Assembly: GCA_017469745.1 (NCBI GenBank) | Contig: JAFUFS010000051.1 | Location: 15,222 to 47,221 of the forward strand | Length of the DNA stretch: 32,000 bases | Source of the DNA: Bacteroidales bacterium | GTDB lineage: Bacteria > Bacteroidota > Bacteroidia > Bacteroidales > UBA932 | Reading direction: 5' to 3' | Translations under genes and position numbers: made by a program | Shown here: positions 8,454 through 21,432 of the stretch, one piece after another | How positions within the stretch are numbered: the stretch's first letter is position 1 | How the letters are laid out: each line of letters begins with the position of its first letter | Notes under the pieces: model-generated | Database searches by the model: none | What the model was told of the DNA's origin: nothing | The model's input: the letters and a program-made list of their open reading frames with translations, nothing else

Positions 8454-10715
8454 TTATTCAGCCCAGCCTGTCTCGATGTTGGCGATGTTTCCGGCGATCC
8501 AGACGGTGTCCCCCTCCTGGAACACCAGGTCCGGTTCCGGATTCGTGATGAATTCGTCTCCGCGCAGCATGCTGATGACCATGCACTGATACTTCCTCAG
8601 CGCAGCGCTCCTGAGGGTCTTCCCGGTGAGGAAGGATTCATCTGTGAGGACCCTGGGTTCGATGCGGAATCCGTCGTCCACATTCTCCAGAGGAGCATCC
8701 TCCACAGAATCTGAAATCATATTCCTGAGCTTCTCCAGCTGGTCGGTGGTACCGACGGCAAGGAGGCGGTCTCCCGGGAAGAGCCTTACGTCTCCTGAAG
8801 GTATTGTGATGTTGATCGACCCTCTCTGGATCTTTATGATGTTGGCTCCGGACTTGTCACGAAGAGGAAGATCCTTAAGCTGCATGCCTGCAAAGCTGGA
8901 TTCCTGAGCGATGTTGATCGCCTCTGTCCGTACATCGTAGGTCGAAAGTTTCTGACGCACGGAAGAACTGACGGGCTTGCTCCTGCGTTCACTCTCCTCA
9001 CGCTCGTTGTAGTTCTGCAGGAACCTTTTTTCGAGTCCTGAATATTTGTGCATCGACTTCCTGGCGAAGAAGATGAAGGAGATTCCTGCAAGGATGATCG
9101 CGAGGACAGTCCATCCTGCGAGGTGGAAATAGGTCGACAGGACTCCCAGGATGATGCTTATCACGAGGAATGACCTGGCAAACACAAGTCCTGTGATAGG
9201 CCAGATGTTGCTGGGTTTCTCTTTCAGCAGCTTCGGGGCGCTCTTGCTGATGGACCCGGAATGGATGCCCATTCCGAAAAGGAATGGAGACATGGCAAGG
9301 AGGGTCACGGCTGCCTGGACGATATTCCTGACCGTCTGGCTGGCTGAAGGGAGTAGCTTTTCAGTAATATTCCCAAGATAAAGCCTTGATCCTATGTAGA
9401 TTGCGAGAATGATGACACCGTAGAGGAGTATCCTCGTGAAGTAAGCGACGAGGAGTTTCTTCCACTCGCTGTCCTCGGCGGCAGTGTGCTTTGAGGATGT
9501 CTTTGCAGAAGAGGAAAGGCGTTCAAGCCAGGATGCCGGGAGTTTCCTTTGAAGTAGCTCGTAGGTCGGCCCGGCGAGTTTCATCATGAATGGAGTGGTG
9601 AAAGTCGTGATGACGGAGACGGCGATGATTACGGGATAGATGAAATCCCTCATGACGCCCAAGGTACAGCCGACACCGGCGAGGATGAATCCGAATTCAC
9701 CGAGTTGTGCAAGGCTGAATCCGGTGTGGACCGAATTGTAGAGACCGTTGCCTGTGAGTATGATTCCGGCTCCGGCGAAAAGGATGTGGGTAATGATCAC
9801 CAGGACAGTGATGAGGAGGATAAGGGCCCAGTGCTCAACGATCACGGAAGGGGAGAGCATCATACCAACAGACACGAAGAAGATCGCTCCGAAAAGGTTC
9901 TTGATGGGTTCTACTATGTGGTCAATGTTTTCGCTTTCAGTCGTTTCTGCCAGGATGGATCCCATGACGAAGGCTCCGAGGGCTGAAGAGAAGCCGACTG
10001 CGGTCGCCAGGGAAACCATTGAAAAGCACAGGCCTATGCTGACGATAAGAAGGATCTCGTTGTTGAGGTATTTCTTTGCTTTCTGAAGTAGAGTCGGGAT
10101 CACGTAGATTCCTACAAGGAACCAAAGCAGGAGGAAGAAAACCAGCTTGACTATGTTCATGACAAGCTCCTTCCCGGCGAATGACTGGGACACGGCCATG
10201 GTGGAAAGCAGAACCATGAGGAGGATCGCAATCAGGTCCTCCACGACAAGGGTACCGAACACCATCCCTGCATAGGACTTGTTCTTGAGCCCCATGTCGT
10301 CGAACGACTTTATGACGACCATGGTGGAGGACATGGAGAGCAGGCCTCCGAGGAATACGCTTTCCATGACTGTCCAGTTCAGGGCTTGGGCTGTCACGAA
10401 GCCCAGGATGAAGACGCCCACGAATTTCACCAGGGCGGTCACGATGGCGCTGGAACCGACCTTCATCAGCTTCTTGAAACTGAATTCAAGGCCGAGACCG
10501 AACATCAGGAAGATGATGCCGATCTCCGACCATTGGTTCACCGTTTCCTGGCTGGAAATGCCGGGAAAGAAGTTAATGTTGGGACCGATCAGGAAACCGG
10601 CTATTATGTACCCTAAGATGAGCGGTTGCTTGAGGGCTTTCGATATTATCGTGAATATTCCTGCGGAGATCAGGATCACCGCGAGGTCTCGTACAAGATT
10701 GAGATCTTCGGACAT
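8454..10715 (-). CDS. cation:proton antiporter (CPA2/Kef-type) with two C-terminal RCK_C (TrkA-C) domains
   Basis: 753 aa. The N-terminus DLAVILISAGIFTIISKALKQPLILGYIIAGFLIGPN is the canonical CPA2 start and is followed by about 13 or more TM segments. The C-terminus has two TrkA-C-like repeats (...LKDLPLRDKSGANIIKIQRG...FPGDRLLAVG... and ...LTGKTLRSAALRKYQCMVISMLRGDEF...FQEGDTVWIAG...). No Rossmann RCK_N is evident. Confidence 0.9.
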   Translation of the reverse strand: MSEDLNLVRDLAVILISAGIFTIISKALKQPLILGYIIAGFLIGPNINFFPGISSQETVNQWSEIGIIFLMFGLGLEFSFKKLMKVGSSAIVTALVKFVGVFILGFVTAQALNWTVMESVFLGGLLSMSSTMVVIKSFDDMGLKNKSYAGMVFGTLVVEDLIAILLMVLLSTMAVSQSFAGKELVMNIVKLVFFLLLWFLVGIYVIPTLLQKAKKYLNNEILLIVSIGLCFSMVSLATAVGFSSALGAFVMGSILAETTESENIDHIVEPIKNLFGAIFFVSVGMMLSPSVIVEHWALILLITVLVIITHILFAGAGIILTGNGLYNSVHTGFSLAQLGEFGFILAGVGCTLGVMRDFIYPVIIAVSVITTFTTPFMMKLAGPTYELLQRKLPASWLERLSSSAKTSSKHTAAEDSEWKKLLVAYFTRILLYGVIILAIYIGSRLYLGNITEKLLPSASQTVRNIVQAAVTLLAMSPFLFGMGIHSGSISKSAPKLLKEKPSNIWPITGLVFARSFLVISIILGVLSTYFHLAGWTVLAIILAGISFIFFARKSMHKYSGLEKRFLQNYNEREESERRSKPVSSSVRQKLSTYDVRTEAINIAQESSFAGMQLKDLPLRDKSGANIIKIQRGSINITIPSGDVRLFPGDRLLAVGTTDQLEKLRNMISDSVEDAPLENVDDGFRIEPRVLTDESFLTGKTLRSAALRKYQCMVISMLRGDEFITNPEPDLVFQEGDTVWIAGNIANIETGWAE

Positions 10716-10722
10716 AGGTGCT

Positions 10723-10764
10723 GCCGTCGTTGTGATTGATTACTCACAAATTTACAACAACGGC
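10723..10764 (-). terminator. 11-bp imperfect stem (one mismatch) with a 20-nt loop just after the GH63 stop; possible end-of-operon structure, with no U-tract
   Basis: Arms are gccgtcgttgt (10723-10733) and acaacaacggc (10754-10764), complementary at 10 of 11 positions. It lies between the GH63 stop (10772) and the CPA2 start (10715). Confidence 0.3.
10747..10754 (-). promoter_or_regulatory. candidate -7 box (TAAATTTG on minus strand) for the CPA2 antiporter gene
   Basis: The plus strand reads caaattta. Its reverse complement matches TAnnTTTG 8/8, 32 nt upstream of the ATG at 10715. It sits in the loop of the hairpin above. Confidence 0.35.
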
Positions 10765-10771
10765 GGCGTTT

Positions 10772-15768
<4,997 letters not shown>

Positions 15769-16371
15769 CTATAGGTTACAAAACAATGTGACGAGGAATG
15801 GAACGCTGAAGTCAACGGTGAAACCGTGGAAGATCGATAGGATCACGAAGTCGTCGCCGCAGCATCGGGCTATGATTGGCAGGGTGGTGTCCATGGATGT
15901 CGCTCCTCCGGCAGAGATCGGAGCCAGCTTTCCGAACCATCTTGCCATAAGCGGAGCGCCCAGGAGGGTTATTATCTCCCTCATGATGTTTGCCAGCAGG
16001 GCCACTGTCCCTAGTTCAGTCCCCTTGAATTCATTTATGAATATGCTGGACAGGGAATAGTAACCGAAGCCGGAACCAACTGCAAGACAGTCAAGTACTG
16101 ACCTGGCCGGAAGGCAGATCGAGACTATGGCACAGCCCGCCAGGGTTCCCGTGATCGTCATCAACGGTAGCAGAAGGAGACGTGGATCCATTGATTTCAG
16201 GTCACGGAGTACCTTCGTGTCGTTGCCGAGGCTGATCCCGACGCAGAACATCAGTGCAAATAGGGCCCAGTGGCTTGCATCTCCTCCGATCAGGCTTTCC
16301 GGGACCAGCCCTGAAAGACCGGCAGCTATCCCTGCAATGAAGAACAGCAGGATGACAAGGCTGTTCTTCAT
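15769..16371 (-). CDS. LysO (YbjE)/DUF340 family transporter, large subunit-like ORF
   Basis: 200 aa. GSGFGYYSLSSIFINEF...ANIMREIITLLGAPL...GGATSMDTTLPIIARCCG...IFHGFTVDFSVPFLVTLF parallels the C-terminal two-thirds of E. coli YbjE/LysO (ASGFGWYSLSG...NDLARELIAIML...CGATSMDFTLPVLQR...VHGFILSLLVPILIAFF) as I remember it. Confidence 0.82.
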   Translation of the reverse strand: MKNSLVILLFFIAGIAAGLSGLVPESLIGGDASHWALFALMFCVGISLGNDTKVLRDLKSMDPRLLLLPLMTITGTLAGCAIVSICLPARSVLDCLAVGSGFGYYSLSSIFINEFKGTELGTVALLANIMREIITLLGAPLMARWFGKLAPISAGGATSMDTTLPIIARCCGDDFVILSIFHGFTVDFSVPFLVTLFCNL

Positions 16372-16640
16372 CTTCCCGTCCCGTGGTCAGCGTATTTCCA
16401 AAGAGCAAAAGCCGCCCCCATGCTCCCGGCAAGTCCCGACAGAGTCAGGGCCAGGGCTTCCAGCCCCAGGTCTTGCAGGTGTCCTATTATCCTTGGATCA
16501 GAACCGACTTCTATACCGATAAGCAAAAGAAGGATCCACACAAGCACCATGATGATTCGGGGAAGGATCTTGACCGGATGCTTCCTGAGCAGGACTCCGA
16601 AAGCTATCCCCGAGAGCAGGACGACGGCTATCTTCAGCAT
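16368..16640 (-). CDS. LysO/DUF340 family transporter, small N-terminal-like ORF
   Basis: 90 aa with 3 hydrophobic helices. It corresponds to the first ~90 aa of single-chain E. coli YbjE. Its TGA overlaps the ATG of the next ORF (ATGA at 16368-16371). Confidence 0.7.
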   Translation of the reverse strand: MLKIAVVLLSGIAFGVLLRKHPVKILPRIIMVLVWILLLLIGIEVGSDPRIIGHLQDLGLEALALTLSGLAGSMGAAFALWKYADHGTGR

Positions 16641-16646
16641 GATATT

Positions 16647-18167
16647 CTATTTGGCGAAATTGGGATTCTGCTCCCAATCTGGATTGAGTAGGAATTCCTT
16701 GTGAGGAATAGGGTAGAGGGTGTGCTTGGACGGGATGAAATTCTCGACATGAAGCTTGCCGTGTTCTTTCAAGGCGTCGCCCACTATTCCCCAGCGGATG
16801 AGATCGTACCACCTGATTCCTTCGAATGCCAGCTCGCAGGGACGTTCGACATCCTGGAGATGCTTCAGAACCTGTTCCTTGCTCATTCCTTCCTGGAGCG
16901 GGGGTACCTTTGCCCTGGCCCTAACCATGTTGATGTACCTTACAGCCTCATCGCTCTTCCCGTCATTGTTGAGGCATTCGGCGTACATCAGCAGGACGTC
17001 GGCATAGCGCAGGACCGGAATGTTGAAGGCACTGTAGTACCAGTCGGAACTTAGGGAAGGATCCCAGGTGTTGAACTTGTGCCAGTAGATGGACTCTGCA
17101 GGCAGGTAGTCGGTCCATTCTGCTCCTTCGGGCAGGAGGAAATACCTTGTACCCGGATCGTTGAACAGGATGGTTGAATAAACTCTCTGGCTGTAGTGAC
17201 CGTCCTCGGTAAGGTCTTTCTTCAGGGTTTCGAAAATCCACGGGGAGGGATAGGCCTCCTCATAACCGCCGTCCAGGTCTCCCGGGGACAGGTGTTCAGC
17301 GAGCTGGTTGTGCTCCCTCTTGCCTCCCTCGCGGTTGCCGCAGAACTGGATCTCGAAGATGGATTCCTTGGAATTCTTGTGCAGGCCGTCGAAGAGGTGG
17401 GCATAGTTGTCGAGCAGGGCGAACCGGCCCGATGAAATGATCTTTGAAAGCTCCGTCTCTGCTTTTGAGAGCTGGCCTGTGAACATGTAGTACTGGGCCA
17501 ATATTCCCTGGGCTGCATATCTCGTGGCCCTTCCGGCGTTGGCGGAATCCCACTCTTCCGGAAGATCACCCTGGATCTCGGTCAGCTCGCTCTCGATGAA
17601 ACTCCTTATGGCTCCGGGTGCGCTCTGGGGAGGAAAATACTCCTCTTCGGATCCTTCTATCTGCTTGGTGAACAGGGGGATCCTTTCCCCGAAATTCCTA
17701 AGCAGGCGGAAGTAGTAATAGGCCCTCAGGAAACGCGCTTCAGCAAGGGACCTGGCGAGAAGGTTCTGGTCCAGGCCTTCTATTCCAGGGATGTTGGAGA
17801 CACATTGGTTGCAGTAATTTATCCCGCTGTAGAGATTGTTCCACTCGTCATCGGTTACGTAGTTGGTCAGGTCGTTGGTGAAAGTGGCGATCTGGATCCA
17901 CTCGGCAACGTCAGGCCTGTAGACGACTTCGTCGCTGCGGATGTTGTCAGTGACCATGAACCTGTCCACGGTTGCAGCCCAGTAACGTGCCGGCTGTAGG
18001 GCGGCGTAGGCCGCCGTCAGTCCCTTGTTGATGTCGGCCTCGGAATGCCAGAACGAATCCGGGGTCAGGTAGTTGGGATTGCTCTTCTCGTCGAGGAACC
18101 CGCTGCAAGATACGGCAGCGAAGGCTGCTGCCAGCAGGACCGCCTTGTATATCCTTTTCATTTTCAA
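16647..18167 (-). CDS. RagB/SusD family nutrient-binding outer-membrane lipoprotein
   Basis: 506 aa. Lipobox LLAAAFAAVSCSG. SusD-like blocks ARFLRAYYYFRLLRNFG, VLRYADVLLMYAECLN and GIRWYDLIRWG. It starts 12 nt after the susC-like stop. Confidence 0.92.
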   Translation of the reverse strand: MKMKRIYKAVLLAAAFAAVSCSGFLDEKSNPNYLTPDSFWHSEADINKGLTAAYAALQPARYWAATVDRFMVTDNIRSDEVVYRPDVAEWIQIATFTNDLTNYVTDDEWNNLYSGINYCNQCVSNIPGIEGLDQNLLARSLAEARFLRAYYYFRLLRNFGERIPLFTKQIEGSEEEYFPPQSAPGAIRSFIESELTEIQGDLPEEWDSANAGRATRYAAQGILAQYYMFTGQLSKAETELSKIISSGRFALLDNYAHLFDGLHKNSKESIFEIQFCGNREGGKREHNQLAEHLSPGDLDGGYEEAYPSPWIFETLKKDLTEDGHYSQRVYSTILFNDPGTRYFLLPEGAEWTDYLPAESIYWHKFNTWDPSLSSDWYYSAFNIPVLRYADVLLMYAECLNNDGKSDEAVRYINMVRARAKVPPLQEGMSKEQVLKHLQDVERPCELAFEGIRWYDLIRWGIVGDALKEHGKLHVENFIPSKHTLYPIPHKEFLLNPDWEQNPNFAK

Positions 18168-18179
18168 TCTGTTTTTATG

Positions 18180-21100
18180 TTAGAATCCGAATTTGATGCC
18201 TGCCATGTAGGTCCGGTAGAGAGGGTAGCCGCCGTAATCGACACCCATAGTGCCGTTTGAGGCTCCTGTAGTCACATCGTAGCCGGTGTACTTGGTGAGG
18301 GTGAAGAGTCTTCTGCCTCCGACATAGATCCTTAGGCTGCCAAGGCCGATTTTTTTGCATGTCCTGTCGGGAAGGTTGTAGCCAATCTGCAGGTTGTTCA
18401 GCCTCAGGAAGTCTCCGTTCTCGACAAAGCGGTCAGAGATCCTGTTGTTCCCGTTGGGATCACCGATGACGGCCCTGGGAATGTCGGTGTCGGGATTGTC
18501 CGGCCTCCATGAATTCAAGGCATCCTTACCGTAATTGAAGACCTGGTCCATCCTCTGGAGCTGGTACTTGGTGTAGTTGTATCTCTTTGCTCCCATGTTG
18601 CCGTAGAACTGGGCGCTGAGGTCGAAGGCCTTGTAGCGAAGGTAGACGTTGAATCCAAGGATGAGCTTCGGGTTGCCGGTGCCGACAAGTACCTTGTCGT
18701 CATTATCCAGCTGTCCGTCTCCGTTCTGGTCTACGAACCTGATGTCTCCGGGCTTTGCACTGGGCTGGAGGGGAATCCATGCACCCGTCTCGTCGGAATG
18801 TCCGTGGGACTTGTTGAATTCGTCCACTTCAGCTTGGCTGCGGAACAGCCCGTCGGTCTGGAAGACCCAAAATTCGCCGATCTCGGCTCCCACGTAGGTC
18901 CTGGCTGGACCATATTCATAGAGGTAGTCGGGATTGGACATCGAGACCAGTTTGCTCCGGTAATGGGAGAGGTTCAGGTCGAGGTCGTACTGGAAGTCCC
19001 TTCCGGAGTTGCCGTGGTATTCGACCTGGTACTCGAAACCGCTTGTCTTGAGTTCTCCGTCGTTCACGATCATCGCCGAGAATCCTGTACTGCTGCTTAT
19101 CTCCTTTGTCGAGAGCATGTCCCTGGTGTCCTTTAAGTAAGCATCGGCTGACATCTGCAGCTTGCCTCCGAGGAAGCCGAGATCGATTCCGATGTTGGAG
19201 GTGTATGTGGACTCCCATTTGATGTTGAGGGAGGGCAGGGAAGTGATTGCATAGCCGAGGCTGATGTCATTGAGACCGGCGAAAGGATAGTTCAGGCTGT
19301 TCGTAGCGGAGCTGAGGGTGGGAATGTACTGATAGTTTCCAATGCCCTGGTTGCCGAGTGCTCCGTAGCTGAGACGAAGCTTGAATGTTGAGACCGTCCC
19401 GGCCCAGGGCTCCCAGAATCTTTCGTTCGCTATGTTCCAGGCCAGAGATGCAGATGGGAAGAAACCCCATTTGTTGCCTTCGGCGAATCTGGAAGAACCG
19501 TCGTAACGGGCCGAGAACATGGCTATGTAGCGGTTGTCGTAGTTGTAGCCCAGACGGCCGAATGCCGAACGGAGTCCGTAGCGGCTGTGGCCTCCTCCCA
19601 CTGCGAAGTCTTTCTGACCATGCTCAAGGTAAGTCATGAGGTTGTTCTCGAACTTCTTGGCAAAAGCGCTCAGGTCGTAGTAGGAATAGTTTTCCTGCGA
19701 CACTCCCAGGAGGGCCGACACATTGTGTACTCCACCGAATGACCTGTCATAGTTGGAGGTGAGCTCCAGGAGGTAGCGGTTGCCCATGCTGCGCGATTCG
19801 CTGAGAGAAGCGTCCGGATTGGGCTTGAGAGCACCTATCTGGTAGGTTGGAGTGAAGACCTTTGAATGGGAGAAATTGAGGTTGTCGCTTCCCTGGAACT
19901 TCAGCACGAGGCCGTCCAGGGGGGAATACGAGATGTAACCCGAGGCGGAAAGTCCGTCGTAGCGGTTCTTGGTGTCGATCAACTTGTTGAAGGCCACAGG
20001 GTTGCCGGCGTCTGACATACCCATTCCGGCAACAGCTCCTCCGAAGCCTCCGTCGTTCTTCTCGTCGTAGACGAACACCAACGGCTCGATGTTGGTCACC
20101 TGGTACATTGTGTCGAATCCGGAACTCTCGACGGGGATTATGTCCTCATGGCCGAAATTGACGGATTCTCCTATCTTCCACCGGCCTCTCCTGACGTCTG
20201 AATTGAGTCGGAAGCCGTACTTGTCGGAACTGGTCGCAACGGCGATGCCCTGGATCTCTGAATAATAGCCCGAGAAGGCAACGTTCATGTTGCTGTTGCC
20301 TGCTACGTAGCCGACATCGTATTTCTGGGACAGGCCGACCTGGTAGTATTCCTTCTGCCAGTCCGTGTCGGCGAAGCGTGAAGGGTCGGCCTTGAAGGCT
20401 GAGATGTACGCTGGCCACCTCTCCTGAGGCTCTCCGGCGTTCTCCAGGGCCCATTGCCTGACTTTGACGAACTCGGCTGCGTTGCACATCTCCATTCGCT
20501 TGGGCAGGTCGTCGATACCGTAGTAGGCTGACATCGTGATCCTTGGCTCGGAAGCCTTGTCGCCCCTCTTCGTCTCGACCAGGATGACGCCTGCTGCAGC
20601 CCTTGCGCCGTAAATGGCCTGCGTGGCTGCATCCTTCAGAACCGAGATGGATTTGATGTCTTCCGGATTGAGGTATGACATTGATCCCGGGACTCCGTCG
20701 ATGACCACGAGGGGGGTGTTGTCGGATCCCCAGGAGGTGACTCCGCGGACCATCATGACAGGTTCAGAGCCGGGAGCTCCGGAAGAGAAGTTGACCGAAA
20801 GACCCGGGGCCATGCCCTGCAGGGCAGTCGAGGCATCTTCGGTCGCGATCTTCTCCAGTTTCTTCGAACTGACTGAGGCGACAGCTCCCGAAACGTCCTG
20901 CCTCTTCTGGCTTCCGTAGCCGATGGCCACGACTTCTTCCAGCATCTCGGCATCCGGCTCGAGAGTCAGGTCGAGTGCCGGTCCTTCGGCCTTGACTTCA
21001 ACTGTCTTGTAGCCGATCAGGGAGATGACAAGGACATCGCCCCTTGTCACGTTGATGGAATAGTTGCCGTCAAGGTCCGTGCTGGTACCTTGACCCGTAC

Positions 21101-21236
21101 CCTTGACGAGAACGTAGGCCCCGACAGCTCCGGAACCGGTCTCGTCCTTGATTTGTCCCTTGACATTGATAAGTTCCTGCGCCCCTGCGATGGTGGCTCC
21201 CAATGCCAGGATGATGGTTAACAGAATCCTTTTCAT
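18180..21236 (-). CDS. SusC/RagA family TonB-dependent outer-membrane transporter
   Basis: 1018 aa. Signal peptide, then a carboxypeptidase-regulatory-like domain (INVKGQIKDETGSGAVGAYVLVKGTGQGTSTDLDGNYSI). Plug region (IAIGYGSQKRQDVSGAV...YGARAAAGVILVETKRG). Barrel ends ...YRTYMAGIKFGF. There is no N-terminal STN/anti-sigma signalling extension. Confidence 0.93.
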   Translation of the reverse strand: MKRILLTIILALGATIAGAQELINVKGQIKDETGSGAVGAYVLVKGTGQGTSTDLDGNYSINVTRGDVLVISLIGYKTVEVKAEGPALDLTLEPDAEMLEEVVAIGYGSQKRQDVSGAVASVSSKKLEKIATEDASTALQGMAPGLSVNFSSGAPGSEPVMMVRGVTSWGSDNTPLVVIDGVPGSMSYLNPEDIKSISVLKDAATQAIYGARAAAGVILVETKRGDKASEPRITMSAYYGIDDLPKRMEMCNAAEFVKVRQWALENAGEPQERWPAYISAFKADPSRFADTDWQKEYYQVGLSQKYDVGYVAGNSNMNVAFSGYYSEIQGIAVATSSDKYGFRLNSDVRRGRWKIGESVNFGHEDIIPVESSGFDTMYQVTNIEPLVFVYDEKNDGGFGGAVAGMGMSDAGNPVAFNKLIDTKNRYDGLSASGYISYSPLDGLVLKFQGSDNLNFSHSKVFTPTYQIGALKPNPDASLSESRSMGNRYLLELTSNYDRSFGGVHNVSALLGVSQENYSYYDLSAFAKKFENNLMTYLEHGQKDFAVGGGHSRYGLRSAFGRLGYNYDNRYIAMFSARYDGSSRFAEGNKWGFFPSASLAWNIANERFWEPWAGTVSTFKLRLSYGALGNQGIGNYQYIPTLSSATNSLNYPFAGLNDISLGYAITSLPSLNIKWESTYTSNIGIDLGFLGGKLQMSADAYLKDTRDMLSTKEISSSTGFSAMIVNDGELKTSGFEYQVEYHGNSGRDFQYDLDLNLSHYRSKLVSMSNPDYLYEYGPARTYVGAEIGEFWVFQTDGLFRSQAEVDEFNKSHGHSDETGAWIPLQPSAKPGDIRFVDQNGDGQLDNDDKVLVGTGNPKLILGFNVYLRYKAFDLSAQFYGNMGAKRYNYTKYQLQRMDQVFNYGKDALNSWRPDNPDTDIPRAVIGDPNGNNRISDRFVENGDFLRLNNLQIGYNLPDRTCKKIGLGSLRIYVGGRRLFTLTKYTGYDVTTGASNGTMGVDYGGYPLYRTYMAGIKFGF

Positions 21237-21283
21237 GAATATTACTTGATTAAGTGGTCACCCGAACCCCGGGCTTTCGACGG

Positions 21284-21291
21284 CAAAAATA
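21284..21291 (-). promoter_or_regulatory. candidate -7 box (TATTTTTG on minus strand) for the susC-led operon
   Basis: The plus strand reads caaaaata. Its reverse complement matches TAnnTTTG 8/8, 48 nt upstream of the susC-like ATG (21236). Confidence 0.35.
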
Positions 21292-21332
21292 CCGGTGCCC
21301 TCAATGGACGGCAAGAAAAGGATATCCCTCCC

Positions 21333-21375
21333 ATCTCTACAAACAGGGGGTGATAATGGAGTTTAATCTCTACAA
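21333..21375. repeat. perfect 10-nt direct repeat ATCTCTACAA x2 with 33-nt periodicity upstream of the susC promoter; a third degenerate copy TCTCTAC lies at 21423-21429
   Basis: Copies at 21333-21342 and 21366-21375, read directly. They sit about 40-90 nt upstream of the putative -7 box on the sense (minus) strand. Confidence 0.6.
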
Positions 21376-21432
21376 CTTTCGATGTGGATCAGTTGAAAAT
21401 CAAATTGTTGAGAATTACCCCTTCTCTACGGA

